Part shown: in pieces, positions 8,395 to 17,894 of the stretch
How positions within the stretch are numbered: the first letter of the stretch is position 1
How the letters are laid out: every line of letters begins with the position of its first letter
Assembly: GCA_030649055.1 (NCBI GenBank)
Contig: JAUSGH010000013.1
Coordinates: 1 to 60,505, forward strand
Reading direction: 5' to 3'
Length of the DNA: 60,505 bases
Source of the DNA: a bacterium
Lineage (GTDB): Bacteria > Patescibacteriota > Minisyncoccia > UBA6257 > JAUSGH01
The notes under the pieces: model-generated
What the model saw: only the letters and a program-made list of their open reading frames with translations
Database searches by the model: none
Told to the model about the DNA's origin: nothing
Position numbers and translations under genes: made by a program

Positions 8395-8575
8395 CGGCCT
8401 CCTCCTTTTACGAAACCGAGACTACGCACAGTGTAACACGGCGAAGGTTTTGTACACAATCTGCGTGCGTTGCGCATTTATTTTTGGGTCATTACAATGG
8501 AAGTACAGACGAGAATCTAGTATCTAGCGGTGAGTCACAATTCGGATTTTCATTTTTGCTGTCTAGTGGCTAATC

Positions 8576-8595
8576 CCTGCCTGCCGGCAGGCAGG
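8576..8595. repeat. Perfect 20-nt palindrome cctgcctgccggcaggcagg, flanked by ctagtggctaa direct repeats
   Basis: Seen directly in the cysS upstream region. Confidence 0.85.
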
Positions 8596-8619
8596 ACTAG
8601 TCGCTAGTGGCTAACTTCA

Positions 8620-10104
8620 ATGTTTTTGTACAACACCCTCACCGAAAAAAAGGAGGAACTCCAGAAACCCGCGGCGGGCGCATTGAAGATGTTTGTCTGC
8701 GGACCGTCGGTGTATGACTATCCGCACATCGGGAACGGCCGGACATATGTGACCTACGACATGTTCGCGCACTATCTCCGCAGCCGCGGCTTTGACGTGT
8801 TCTACCTCCAAAACATCACGGACGTTGACGATAAGATCATCGCGCGGGCGAAGGAGGAAGACGTAAAGCCGGAGGCAATCGCAAAAAAGTTTGAGAAGAT
8901 TTATCACGCAAACGAAAAAGCGTTGGGCATTGCGAGCGTCACGAAATATGCCCGCGCAACCGCATATATTCCAGAAATCGTAAAGCAAGTGGAGGCGCTT
9001 ATCGCCAAAGGACACGCATATAAGATAGAAGGCGACGGTTATTACTTTGACATTGCAACGTTCCCCGACTACGGAAAACTTGCGAAACGCACCATTGAAC
9101 AAGCCGAGGACGGCGTTTCGCGGATTGATGAGAGTATCAAGAAAAGGAACAAGGGCGACTTCGTATTGTGGAAGCTTCCACAAACGCAGACCAACGCGGA
9201 CTTGAACGCAGACCAACGCGGAAAACCTATCGGCAAAAAGTATCCGATAAAAATTATTGACGGCGAACCGCTCTGGAACACGCCGCTCGGGTGGGGGCGG
9301 CCGGGATGGCACATTGAAGACACCGCGATTACGGAAGCATTTTTTGGTCCGCAATACGATGTGCATGGCGGCGGCGTGGATCTGAAATTCCCTCACCATG
9401 AGGCGGAGATCGCCCAACAGGAATCCGCTTCCGGAAAAAAGCCGATGGTCCGGTTTTGGATGCATGCCGGATTTTTGCTGGTGAACGGAGAAAAAATGTC
9501 CAAGAGCAAGGGGAATTTCGTCACCGTGGAAGATTTCTTGCGCACGCACTCCCCGCTCGCCTTCCGCTATATGGCGGCAAGCCATCACTACCGCTCACCG
9601 CTGAACTATACCAATGAACTAGTAGGACAAGCTGAAGCCGCCATCCGCGGTATACAAGAATTTTTTGCCAAGCTCGCGCTGGTTACTGCGGCTGGATTCC
9701 GGATCAAGTCCGGAATGACAAACGAGGCGAACCGTCATCTATCGGATGACCTTGCGGCTGCCGAAAAAAACTTTTTCGCGGCGCTTGATGATGACTTTAA
9801 TACGCCGGAGTCACTGGGGGCGACATTCACGCTCATTCGCCGCTATGAACCAATGATGTGGCAACTTACCAAAGCCGACGCGAAAGCGCTCGCCACCACA
9901 TTCAAAAAACTCTTCGCTATGTTCGGTATGGAATTCAAACCAGAAAAAATTCCCGCAGAAATTGCGACGCTTGCCGATAAACGCGAAACGCTCCGCGCAA
10001 AGAAAGATTTTGCGGGTGCCGACGTCTTGCGGAAAACCATTGAAGGACTAGGATATAAGGTGGAAGATACCCCATTAGGACCTTTGGTCCTAAGGAATAA
10101 CTAA
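8620..10104 (+). CDS. cysS: Cysteine--tRNA ligase
   Basis: 494 aa. HIGH motif (HIGNGRTY), KMSKS motif (KMSKSKGN) and GWHIEDTA. No SD upstream. Confidence 0.95.
   Translation: MFLYNTLTEKKEELQKPAAGALKMFVCGPSVYDYPHIGNGRTYVTYDMFAHYLRSRGFDVFYLQNITDVDDKIIARAKEEDVKPEAIAKKFEKIYHANEKALGIASVTKYARATAYIPEIVKQVEALIAKGHAYKIEGDGYYFDIATFPDYGKLAKRTIEQAEDGVSRIDESIKKRNKGDFVLWKLPQTQTNADLNADQRGKPIGKKYPIKIIDGEPLWNTPLGWGRPGWHIEDTAITEAFFGPQYDVHGGGVDLKFPHHEAEIAQQESASGKKPMVRFWMHAGFLLVNGEKMSKSKGNFVTVEDFLRTHSPLAFRYMAASHHYRSPLNYTNELVGQAEAAIRGIQEFFAKLALVTAAGFRIKSGMTNEANRHLSDDLAAAEKNFFAALDDDFNTPESLGATFTLIRRYEPMMWQLTKADAKALATTFKKLFAMFGMEFKPEKIPAEIATLADKRETLRAKKDFAGADVLRKTIEGLGYKVEDTPLGPLVLRNN
9692..9719. repeat. CTGGATTCCGG..CCGGAATGAC palindromic element embedded in frame in cysS
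   Basis: ctggattccggatcaagtccggaatgac encodes AGFRIKSGMT. Same family as 13737, 14603, 25690 and 41490. Confidence 0.85.
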
Positions 10105-10220
10105 TTCCAAATGTCTAATTATTGTATTCCTTCGACTTCGCTCAGGAAATATATTATACGCTAAGCTTGTCGAAGCGCTACCGTAATTGGAAATTAGAAA
10201 TTTGATATTAGAAATTTATC
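10105..10220. repeat. Composite intergenic repeat (AATT-rich arrays flanking a CTTCGAC..CTCAGG / CTGAG..GTCGAAG hairpin)
   Basis: taattccaaatgtctaattattgtattccttcgacttcgctcaggaaat...gctaagcttgtcgaagcgctaccgtaattggaaattagaaattt. Homologous copies at 19184 and 47452. Confidence 0.8.
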
Positions 10221-10223
10221 CCC

Positions 10224-11576
10224 ATGCCTTCCCTCAAACTTCCCCCACAACACATTGAAGCCGAGCAATCCGTGCTGGGTGCTTTGATGATTGATAAGGA
10301 CGCCATCATCCGCGTTGCCGACATGTTGCTTCCGGATGATTTCTATAAGCCGGCGCACGCAAGCATTTACGGCGCCATCATGGGATTGTACGAGCGCCAT
10401 GAGCCCATTGATATTTTGAGCGTCACGACGCGCCTCAAGGAATCGGGTGCATTTAAGGACGCCGGCGGCACTTCATATCTCACCGAGCTCATCAACGGCG
10501 TTCCTTCGGCGTCGCACGTCGCCCATTACGCGAAGCTCGTAAAAGATAAGCACGTGCTGCGCGAGCTCGTTATTGCCTCGGCGGAAATCGCCGAAAGCGC
10601 CTTTGACCCGGGCGAAGATGTTGACGCGGTGATTGACGGCATTGAACAGCGGATATTCTCCATCGCCCAACGCTCAACCGCGCAAAAGTTCGTGCTTTTA
10701 AAAGACCAGCTTTCTGCTGCGTATGAACGCATTGAAAAAATTCACGCGGGAAAGGGCGCCATGCGCGGAGTCCCGACCGGATTTCCCGCGCTGGACGGTT
10801 ATCTTTCGGGACTGCAGAAGTCCGACCTCATCGTCATCGGCGCGCGGCCGTCGCTTGGTAAAACATCGCTCGCCTTAGACATTGCCCGCCACGTGGGCGT
10901 GAAAGAAAAGAAATCCGTGGCAATATTTTCGCTTGAAATGTCCATTGACCAGGTTATTGACCGCTTCATCGCGGCGGAAGCACGAGTGCCGCTGTGGCAA
11001 CTTCGTACCGGAAAGCTTTCCAATGACGTGGACTTCCAGCTGATTCAGGCATCGCTCAACACCCTTTCGGACTCCCGCATCTTTATTGACGACACCGCGA
11101 GCGCGAATATATTACAGATGCGTTCCGTAGCGCGGCGGCTCCAAGCGGAACACGGGCTTGACCTTGTCATCGTTGATTATTTACAGCTCATCACGCCGCG
11201 CACAAAAAGCGACAACATGGTCGCGCAAGTGACGGAAATCTCCCGCGGACTAAAGACGCTCGCCCGCGAACTGAACGTGCCGGTGCTGGCACTCTCACAG
11301 CTTTCACGCTCCGTTGACTCGCGGGAAGACAAGACGCCGCGGTTGGCTGACCTCCGAGATTCCGGCTCCATTGAACAGGATAGCGACGTTGTGCTACTTA
11401 TTTTCCGCAAAGACAAGCAACGGCAAAATCCGGAGCCGCAGGACTTGAACATGGCCGAAATTATGGTTGCCAAACACCGCAACGGCCCGATCGGATCGGT
11501 GAAACTCCGCTTCAATCCGGATGCGGTGAGCTTTGAGTCCATTGACACGCAGCACTCGGATCAGCCGTATGCCTGA
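10224..11576 (+). CDS. dnaB: Replicative DNA helicase
   Basis: 450 aa. N-terminal PPQHIEAEQSVLGALM, Walker A GARPSLGKTSLAL, Walker B LVIVDYLQL, SQLSR motif. Confidence 0.95.
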   Translation: MPSLKLPPQHIEAEQSVLGALMIDKDAIIRVADMLLPDDFYKPAHASIYGAIMGLYERHEPIDILSVTTRLKESGAFKDAGGTSYLTELINGVPSASHVAHYAKLVKDKHVLRELVIASAEIAESAFDPGEDVDAVIDGIEQRIFSIAQRSTAQKFVLLKDQLSAAYERIEKIHAGKGAMRGVPTGFPALDGYLSGLQKSDLIVIGARPSLGKTSLALDIARHVGVKEKKSVAIFSLEMSIDQVIDRFIAAEARVPLWQLRTGKLSNDVDFQLIQASLNTLSDSRIFIDDTASANILQMRSVARRLQAEHGLDLVIVDYLQLITPRTKSDNMVAQVTEISRGLKTLARELNVPVLALSQLSRSVDSREDKTPRLADLRDSGSIEQDSDVVLLIFRKDKQRQNPEPQDLNMAEIMVAKHRNGPIGSVKLRFNPDAVSFESIDTQHSDQPYA

Positions 11577-11675
11577 TCGGAAGAAATAAGATATAAGAAG
11601 TATGAAGTAAGTAACGATCCCAAACGTGCACTTAAACCTTAATTCCTACTTCTTATTTCATACATCTCGTCATCC

Positions 11676-12275
11676 ATGCTTCCCGCTCCGATAAAAACTT
11701 TAATTGACCTCCTGACGGAACTTCCCTCCATCGGACCGCGACAGGCGACGCGTCTTGCGTTTTATATTACGAACCTCGGCAAGGCGAAAGCCACCGAGTT
11801 TGCCGATGCCTTCGCCGGACTCGCCTCAGTCAAACCCTGCGCGCAATGTTTTCTTATCCACCAGAACGCCGGTAACCTCTGCGGCATTTGTTCTAATCCG
11901 AAACGCCGCGCGGATGTTATCGCGGTCGTTGAAAAAGAAACCGATTTGATGTCGCTTGAAAAAGCCGGCAATTTTATGGGCCGGTATCTGGTCATCGGCG
12001 AACTCACCAAAGGCGCCCTGCTCCAACCCGACCAAAAACTGAAACTGCAACACCTGAAATCAACTGCGCAAAAACTTCCCGGCGGCGTTGCTGAAGAAAT
12101 CATTCTCGCAACCAACCCCACGACCTACGGCGACTTAAGTGCCGCTATCATCGCGCAGGAACTGAAAGGCGCGGCGAAAAAAATGACCCGCTTGGGTCGC
12201 GGCATTCCGACAGGAGGAGAAATTGAATTTGCGGACGAAGAGACACTGCGGCAATCGCTGGAGCATAGGGATTAG
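11676..12275 (+). CDS. recR: Recombination protein RecR
   Basis: 199 aa. HhH (LPSIGPRQATRLAFYI), C4 zinc finger (CAQC...CGIC), Toprim region. Confidence 0.95.
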   Translation: MLPAPIKTLIDLLTELPSIGPRQATRLAFYITNLGKAKATEFADAFAGLASVKPCAQCFLIHQNAGNLCGICSNPKRRADVIAVVEKETDLMSLEKAGNFMGRYLVIGELTKGALLQPDQKLKLQHLKSTAQKLPGGVAEEIILATNPTTYGDLSAAIIAQELKGAAKKMTRLGRGIPTGGEIEFADEETLRQSLEHRD

Positions 12276-12405
12276 CTTCACTAGCTTTTTAGCTTCGTTA
12301 GCGAGTTAGCTTCATTAGTAACGCAGGCTGCGTTAGATTTTGGTACACTATTAAATAGTACGTCGCGGTTTATTCAGTCGTCGGCTTCATGTTGGAGGAA
12401 GACCA

Positions 12406-12741
12406 ATGGAGCGTCCCTACGAGGTGGTGCTGGTTTTCACCGCCGTCATTCTTGCCTTCGTCGGCGTTGGCGCCTACACCGTGGATTATGACGGTGCTTG
12501 CTGGTGGACGGTTTCCGGCTGCGCGCTCGTCGCCGTCGTACACGCGCGAAATTTCTGCGCCAAGACTGTATCGCTACCCGCCTCCGTCGCGACCATCGTG
12601 ATAGGCGCAGTGATGCTACTTGCCGGGATCGTGACTTACTTCACCGACGGCAACTTCAGCTGGGGATGGCCCATCGGGGGCATCGTCGCGATGGTCGTCG
12701 GCGCCATCACGGCGACCGAGCACGACGAAGGTCGCGCGTGA
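12406..12741 (+). CDS. Hypothetical small membrane protein (GC-rich cassette gene)
   Basis: 111 aa, about 4 TM segments. SD ggagga lies 6 nt before the ATG. Followed by hairpin 12760..12797. Confidence 0.6.
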   Translation: MERPYEVVLVFTAVILAFVGVGAYTVDYDGACWWTVSGCALVAVVHARNFCAKTVSLPASVATIVIGAVMLLAGIVTYFTDGNFSWGWPIGGIVAMVVGAITATEHDEGRA

Positions 12742-12759
12742 CACCCGCGAAAAAAACAA

Positions 12760-12797
12760 AAGAGGCGGTCGCCTATGGTGACTGCCTCTTCCTGTTT
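12760..12797 (+). terminator. Intrinsic terminator-like hairpin with T-run
   Basis: aagaggcggtcgcctatggtgactgcctctt followed by cctgtttt. Confidence 0.65.
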
Positions 12798-12828
12798 TCA
12801 TTATTCGTTATTCACTATTCACTATTCA

Positions 12829-13137
12829 CTAGAGCCCGACAATCTCCACTTCCGTATACTCCTGCCGATGTCCTTTCTTTTTACGCTGGCGGGTTTTGGA
12901 ATGATATTTGAACACGATTACCTTTTTTGACCGTGCCTGCGCTTTCACTTTTCCCTCCACTTTCGCTCCGGAAATATACGGAGCGCCAACGACAATGTTG
13001 TCGCCATCGGCGGTCAACAACACCTTATCAAACACCACCAAGGCACCCGGCTCGCCCAAAAGCTTCTCCACGCGGAGCTTAGTCCCCTTTTCCACTTTAT
13101 ATTGTTTGCTGCCCGTTTCAATGATTGCAAATGCCAT
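12829..13137 (-). CDS. rplU: 50S ribosomal protein L21
   Basis: 102 aa. MAFAIIETGSKQYKVEKG N-terminus and a KKKGHRQ tail. A TAGTAT hexamer lies 8 nt before the ATG; no SD. Confidence 0.9.
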   Translation of the reverse strand: MAFAIIETGSKQYKVEKGTKLRVEKLLGEPGALVVFDKVLLTADGDNIVVGAPYISGAKVEGKVKAQARSKKVIVFKYHSKTRQRKKKGHRQEYTEVEIVGL

Positions 13138-13175
13138 ATTGAACTATACTATCGCACCCTACGTAATAAAGCAAG

Positions 13176-13514
13176 TCAGTTATTCGCCACGATAAGTCCA
13201 AGCGTCAGGGCGACAAAAAGCGAAAACACCAACGTAGTTACGGCGATCACGGCGGCAAGAAACGGATAGCGCTTCCAAAATGCTCCGGCGAGAAACGCGT
13301 TCACCCCATTTACGGCAAGCGCCGTCGCCGCAATGCCGAACACATCTCTCGGCGTGCCCAAAAAATCAATGCCGCGGAACGCGTCAAAATGCACAATAAG
13401 CAAATGTTTGACGTCGGAAAACGCGTAATAGGCAAATGCGCCCGCGATTGCGATAATTGCGAAACTTGCCCCGAACGTACCAAGCAATAAGCGCCGATGC
13501 AACATATGTTCCAT
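13176..13514 (-). CDS. Hypothetical membrane protein
   Basis: 112 aa, 3-4 TM helices. Its start abuts the queA stop, suggesting translational coupling. Confidence 0.55.
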   Translation of the reverse strand: MEHMLHRRLLLGTFGASFAIIAIAGAFAYYAFSDVKHLLIVHFDAFRGIDFLGTPRDVFGIAATALAVNGVNAFLAGAFWKRYPFLAAVIAVTTLVFSLFVALTLGLIVANN

Positions 13515-13515
13515 A

Positions 13516-14571
13516 TTACCGCACTAACATCCCGTCGCCAAATGAAAAAAATCGGAAGCGCAAATGAATGGCGTTTTGATAAAGCTCCATTAGTTTTTTT
13601 CTTCCGGTAAGTGCGGCGACGAGCATCAATAAGCTTGATTGTGGCACGTGGAAATTGGTGATGAGTCCTTGCACAAATTTGAACTTGTCGCCTTCGCGAA
13701 TGAAGAGACGCGTACTTCCGGAAAGGACTTTTAGTTCTGGATTCCGGGTCAAGCCCGGAATGACAGAAGCGGCGGCGGATTCCAGCGTACGCGCGACGGT
13801 TGTACCCACGGCAATAATCGGCCTCCCCTCCTTTTTGCTTTTATTCAAGAATGTCGCCGTCCGCGCATCAATCATATATTCCTCCTCATGCAATAATCCC
13901 TTCCGCCACTGTGCCTCCGTAAGCGGCGCGAATGTACCGAGGTTCACATGGAGCGTCACAAACTTCACCGCAATGCCGGCGCGACGAATTTTTACAAGCA
14001 ACTCGCGCGTGAAATGCAACGACGCGGTTGGCGCCGCAACCGAACCACGATGCTTCGCAAACACGGTTTCATACTGCGCGCGCAGCGCCTTGCCTTTGAG
14101 CTTTGAATGTTTAATATACGGTGGGATAGGCGCCGTGCCATAACGCTCCAGCACATCGTACAGTTTTGCGAGCGGAAACGTGGGCCGGAGGAGATAGTAT
14201 TTATCGTCTTTTTTTTCCACAATAAAGCCGAGATTTTTTACAATCGTAAGCTCCGCACCGCTGTGCAATGGACGATTAGAAAATACGCGGATGCATTTTC
14301 CCACAATCGCAAGGTACAATATTTTGACCATTCCCCCGCTTTCTTTTTTGACCGAGAGCCGCGCGGGCAACACTTTTGTTTCGTTAAACACCAGCACCGC
14401 ATTTTTAGGCAAAAAGCTTACAAGGTCACGAAAGTGACTATATGACACTTCTCCGGTTTTCCGGTCATAGACCAGCAATCGCGCGCTGTCGCGGGGACTT
14501 ACAGGATCCTGCGCGATGAGCTCTTCGGGCAAGTCATAGTCGTATTTTTTTATTTCGCGTTGAAATGTCAT
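13516..14571 (-). CDS. queA: S-adenosylmethionine:tRNA ribosyltransferase-isomerase
   Basis: 351 aa. YDYDLPEELIAQDP N-terminus and TNFHVPQSSLLML motif. Confidence 0.93.
   Translation of the reverse strand: MTFQREIKKYDYDLPEELIAQDPVSPRDSARLLVYDRKTGEVSYSHFRDLVSFLPKNAVLVFNETKVLPARLSVKKESGGMVKILYLAIVGKCIRVFSNRPLHSGAELTIVKNLGFIVEKKDDKYYLLRPTFPLAKLYDVLERYGTAPIPPYIKHSKLKGKALRAQYETVFAKHRGSVAAPTASLHFTRELLVKIRRAGIAVKFVTLHVNLGTFAPLTEAQWRKGLLHEEEYMIDARTATFLNKSKKEGRPIIAVGTTVARTLESAAASVIPGLTRNPELKVLSGSTRLFIREGDKFKFVQGLITNFHVPQSSLLMLVAALTGRKKLMELYQNAIHLRFRFFSFGDGMLVR
13737..13764. repeat. CTGGATTCCGG..CCGGAATGAC palindromic element embedded in frame in queA
   Basis: ctggattccgggtcaagcccggaatgac. On the coding strand it encodes VIPGLTRNPE within a variable loop. 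Confidence 0.85.
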
Positions 14572-14602
14572 AGATGAAAACGTTTAACAAATTGTTCTCC
14601 TT

Positions 14603-14699
14603 GTCATTCCCGCGCCCTCCGGAGGAGGATCCGCCTCAGGCGGAAAAGCGGGAATCCAGAACTCCACGATACTGGATTCCGGATCAAGCCCGGAATGAC
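14603..14699. repeat. Composite of two GTCATTCC...GGAATCCAG-family palindromes (queA/tgt intergenic)
   Basis: gtcattcccgcgccctccggaggaggatccgcctcaggcggaaaagcgggaatccag + spacer + ctggattccggatcaagcccggaatgac. About 90% identical to the reverse complement of 25690..25784. Confidence 0.9.
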
Positions 14700-14710
14700 G
14701 GGGGGCTACA

Positions 14711-15847
14711 TCACAGCTTTCCGTTCTTTATCATGCGCCGCACCTCTGCAACAACGCCATTAAAATAATAAAGATTATGGAACGTGAGGAGGCGCAACGC
14801 GGTGATTTCGCCGGCGCGCAAAAGGTGCGTGATATAGCTGCGCGAATACGTGCCGCACGTCTCACAGTCGCACGCCGGATCAAGTGGTTTTCTGTCGGTC
14901 ATAAATTTCATCTTTCGCATGTCCAACCGGCCGCGGGAAGTGAACGCCACGCCATGCCGCGCATAATGCGTGGGCACCGTGCAATCAAACGTATCAACTC
15001 CTTCGCGAACAATTTTTTCAATATCTTCCAAATGCCCGATGCCCAAAAGATGCCTCGGTTTTCCCTCGGGCAATTCTTTCATCACAGTCCGGAGCATGGC
15101 ACTCATGGTCTTTTTATTGTCACCGAATTCCCCGCCGATTCCGACGCCGTCAAACGGGAGTGCCCCGATGTAGGCGGCGGACGCTTGCCGCAACTTCTTA
15201 AACTTTCCGCCCTGCACGATGCCGTAGAGCGCTTGCCGTGAACGCTTGGCCTCCAAACACACTTTTGCCCACCGATGCGTGCGTTCCATCGCGCTCCTTG
15301 TATATGCCTCGTCTGCTATTGGACTCGTGCACTCGTCAAAGGCGAAAATAATATCGGCGCCTAACGCTTCCTGAATCTTAATTGACTCTTTCGGACCGAT
15401 GAAAATCTCCCGTCCATCAACCGGCGAACGGAAGCGCACACCGTCCTCGGTGATTCTTATCGCCTTCGGCTGGTCGCCCCGCACAATTTTTTCCCCGCGC
15501 TTTTCTTTCAAAATTTTCCCCGTTCCGTAATCCCGGCCGAATCCCAAACTGAACACCTGATAACCCGCAGAGTCGGTCATGATCGGCTTCGGCCATTGCA
15601 TAAACTCATGCAACCCGCCGGATTTCTTCACTACTGCTTCTCCGGGCTTGAGGTGTAAGTGAAACGTGTTTGAAATAAGTAGCTGTGAGTTTGTGCGCAC
15701 GACTTCGGCAGAAGTCAAAGTTTTCACGACCGCCTGCGTCGCAACCGGCACCAAGGCCGGCGTTTCCACCTCGCCATGCGGCGTTTTTAAGATGCCCAAA
15801 CGGGCATTGCTTTTGGGGGATTTTTTGAGGATATGGAAAGAAATCAT
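14711..15847 (-). CDS. tgt: Queuine tRNA-ribosyltransferase (tRNA-guanine transglycosylase)
   Basis: Start chosen at MISFHILKK (15847). TPHGEVETPALVPVAT, GIGGEFG and the zinc site CDCETC..H. A TATAGT hexamer lies 9 nt before the ATG; no SD. Confidence 0.93.
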   Translation of the reverse strand: MISFHILKKSPKSNARLGILKTPHGEVETPALVPVATQAVVKTLTSAEVVRTNSQLLISNTFHLHLKPGEAVVKKSGGLHEFMQWPKPIMTDSAGYQVFSLGFGRDYGTGKILKEKRGEKIVRGDQPKAIRITEDGVRFRSPVDGREIFIGPKESIKIQEALGADIIFAFDECTSPIADEAYTRSAMERTHRWAKVCLEAKRSRQALYGIVQGGKFKKLRQASAAYIGALPFDGVGIGGEFGDNKKTMSAMLRTVMKELPEGKPRHLLGIGHLEDIEKIVREGVDTFDCTVPTHYARHGVAFTSRGRLDMRKMKFMTDRKPLDPACDCETCGTYSRSYITHLLRAGEITALRLLTFHNLYYFNGVVAEVRRMIKNGKL

Positions 15848-15890
15848 TGAAGTAACACTATAATACAACTTTACCTGCAAAATCACAATG

Positions 15891-15919
15891 TTGACACTGT
15901 TTACAGAATCATGTATGCT
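15891..15919 (+). promoter_or_regulatory. Near-consensus sigma70 promoter for the 15991-16606 cassette
   Basis: TTGACA (15891-15896), 17-nt spacer, TATGCT (15914-15919). Confidence 0.55.
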
Positions 15920-15990
15920 GTTTGCAGCACAAATCGCCAAAGCAACGGTGCGTTTGGCGAAGTCCGTAAACTTCTATTGGAGGGCAACCG

Positions 15991-16197
15991 ATGGACAACG
16001 CCATCGTGCAGTCAAGCAACGGCGTGAAGATCGTGACCGTTCCGATTTCCGGAACGCGGATTCCAATCGACCTTCTCGCGAAGATCGTGAGCGAATGGCT
16101 GACCGAGCTCGGAGCTGACGAGTTTTGCATGATCTCGGAGGTAGCGATCCACTGCAAGGCCACGGATGGTAAGCTCACCATCTCCATCCAGCGCTAG
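15991..16197 (+). CDS. Hypothetical small protein (GC-rich cassette gene)
   Basis: 68 aa. SD ggaggg lies 7 nt before the ATG. Confidence 0.5.
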   Translation: MDNAIVQSSNGVKIVTVPISGTRIPIDLLAKIVSEWLTELGADEFCMISEVAIHCKATDGKLTISIQR

Positions 16198-16243
16198 GGA
16201 CCAACCCACCCGCCACGGCAACGCCTTTTGGAGGAACTGACGC

Positions 16244-16606
16244 ATGCCAACTCCCGAAACGGGAACCGTCGAGCCTGAGGAACCCGCACAGCAGGAAGCA
16301 TCGCCACTGCCGGCCGAAACGACGGAAATGAACGGTCGGCTGACGAAGGTGGACGGGGACCTCATCTTCTTCTTCGACTGCGACGATCTTCCCACCGCCA
16401 TGAGGCGCTGCGCAGAGGCGCTGGGGACGTACTTCAAGCACGAAGACAACCGGAGGATCACAGTCCTCTCCTCCGGCAGCAGCTTCAAGTGGCGGAAGTA
16501 CCTGCATCCGCAAACCAACCAGATCTTCGAAGGGCTCGTCTACCAGGTGCTGATCGAGCTCCGGCCGAAGACCAAGCAGGAACTCACGGAGGAAGGAATC
16601 GAGTAG
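16244..16606 (+). CDS. Hypothetical protein (GC-rich cassette gene)
   Basis: 120 aa. SD ggagga lies 8 nt before the ATG. Acidic, Pro-rich N-terminus. Confidence 0.5.
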   Translation: MPTPETGTVEPEEPAQQEASPLPAETTEMNGRLTKVDGDLIFFFDCDDLPTAMRRCAEALGTYFKHEDNRRITVLSSGSSFKWRKYLHPQTNQIFEGLVYQVLIELRPKTKQELTEEGIE

Positions 16607-16657
16607 CCCGCAACCGACCCCGCTGTGCATGACGCATGGCGGGGTCAATTCATTTTA

Positions 16658-16686
16658 TTGACGCCCGCCATTCCCTTTGTTACGCT
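16658..16686 (+). promoter_or_regulatory. sigma70-like promoter for 16734..17702
   Basis: TTGACG, 17-nt spacer, TACGCT. Confidence 0.45.
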
Positions 16687-16733
16687 CTGGATAGCAACGC
16701 ACAAACAACCATTCACGCTACAGGAGGTGACCG

Positions 16734-17702
16734 ATGACCAGACCGATTACCGAAGATGAACTGGACATCGCCAAGATGGAAAAGGAAACCGGCATCCCCG
16801 AGTACAAAATCCGCCGAGCGCTGGACCTTCCGCTCTCCCCCGTTGAGCAGCACTTCACGGAGATGCTGAAGAACGCCAAGACGCCCGCCGCGATCACGAG
16901 AATCATTCTCATCGTTGAACCGGAAACCACGGTTGGGCGGAGCGCGGTGAGAAAGCTCATCCACAAGTCGCGCGCCCGCAAAGATGTTGTCCGGATCTTC
17001 AGGACGGTTCCGAACTACCACTCGGAAATGCACCGCGCCTATGAGAAGCTCGTAGAACTCTCCGGCAACGAAAACCCCGACGGCGAGGACGACAACGAAA
17101 ATAACGCCGACCCCGACCGCAACTCCGATCCCGCCGCCGCCGACAACAAACGCTGCCTTCGCGAGCTCGTGGAGGTCAGCACCATCGTGCCCATGTTCTC
17201 CGTCGCCGAAGAACTCCTCCTCGTGAAGATGGCAAAGTTCTTCCAGGACGAGAATGATCCCAGCAAGGTTGACGTTTCCGGAATGGCCGAGGAAACCAAT
17301 ATCGCCGAGTCATTCATCCGTTCCGCGCTCAAGCTGCCGACACTCGAGGATGAGCAGCGTATCGCGAACCTCATGGCGCTATGCGATACGCGCGATGCTC
17401 TACTCAATCTCTCCGGGGCGATTCAATGGCGGAGCATCCTCGGACTGCAGGCCGCGCGCCAATACATTCCGCTCTCCAGCCGCGATGAGCTCATTGCACT
17501 GGCAGGAACGCTTCCGGACGACTCCCCGGCGCGATCCGAGGTGTATGTCGCACTCCTTGCGCGCTCAACGACGCTGGAAGAAGTGTGGGAAGTCTATAGC
17601 GTGATTGCCGAAAACCGCGCGCTCGACGAAGACAAGGCAATCATCCGGCTCGCCGAGTTCTTCCTGAAGACAGCGACGGACGAGACGAAAACGAATCCCT
17701 AA
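16734..17702 (+). CDS. Hypothetical acidic protein with an internal duplicated HTH-like module (GC-rich cassette gene)
   Basis: 322 aa. SD aggagg lies 6 nt before the ATG. Repeat KETGIPEYKIRRALDLP / EETNIAESFIRSALKLP. Confidence 0.55.
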   Translation: MTRPITEDELDIAKMEKETGIPEYKIRRALDLPLSPVEQHFTEMLKNAKTPAAITRIILIVEPETTVGRSAVRKLIHKSRARKDVVRIFRTVPNYHSEMHRAYEKLVELSGNENPDGEDDNENNADPDRNSDPAAADNKRCLRELVEVSTIVPMFSVAEELLLVKMAKFFQDENDPSKVDVSGMAEETNIAESFIRSALKLPTLEDEQRIANLMALCDTRDALLNLSGAIQWRSILGLQAARQYIPLSSRDELIALAGTLPDDSPARSEVYVALLARSTTLEEVWEVYSVIAENRALDEDKAIIRLAEFFLKTATDETKTNP

Positions 17703-17716
17703 CACGAACGACGGAC

Positions 17717-17755
17717 GGTCCCGGGTAGCCATAGGCTACTCGGGGCCGCATCATT
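17717..17755 (+). terminator. Intrinsic terminator-like hairpin (apex GTAGCC-ATA-GGCTAC)
   Basis: ggtcccgggtagccataggctactcggggcc, a 14-bp stem, followed by gcatcatttt. Confidence 0.65.
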
Positions 17756-17819
17756 TTGTGATCCCATCGGGAAGTTGAACTACTCAGCCCCGCGCTACGG
17801 AGGCTGGTTTTTATTTTTG

Positions 17820-17894
17820 TGGTCCCATCGGGATTCGAACCCGAGTTTTTCCCGTGAGAGGGGAACGTCCTAGACCAGGCTAGACGATAGGACC
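17820..17894 (-). tRNA. tRNA-Glu (anticodon CTC)
   Basis: Hand-folded cloverleaf. Acceptor GGTCCTA/TGGGACC, anticodon arm TTCCC-CTCTCAC-GGGAA, T arm TCGGG-TTCGAAT-CCCGA, discriminator A. CCA is not encoded. Confidence 0.85.

Noticed and set aside
5188-8410. Calling the GC-rich islands prophages, integrative elements or integron cassette arrays
   Set aside because: I could recognise no integrase, transposase, recombinase, capsid, terminase or RT gene anywhere in the window. The hairpins lack attC-type R/L core sites. The only att-like signals are short tRNA 3'-end duplicates that do not bracket the islands.
8617-9588. 323-aa minus-strand ORF, and similar long antisense ORFs such as 33958..34827
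   Set aside because: Antisense to cysS and dnaE respectively, both of which are firmly identified. No motifs or start signals.
14574-14768. 64-aa ORF (also 25702..25932 and 41570..41893) spanning the intergenic palindromes
   Set aside because: These are translations of the GTCATTCC..GGAATCCAG repeat composites (peptides such as WIPDQARNDG and LWIPAFPPEA). Repeat-derived ORFs, not genes.
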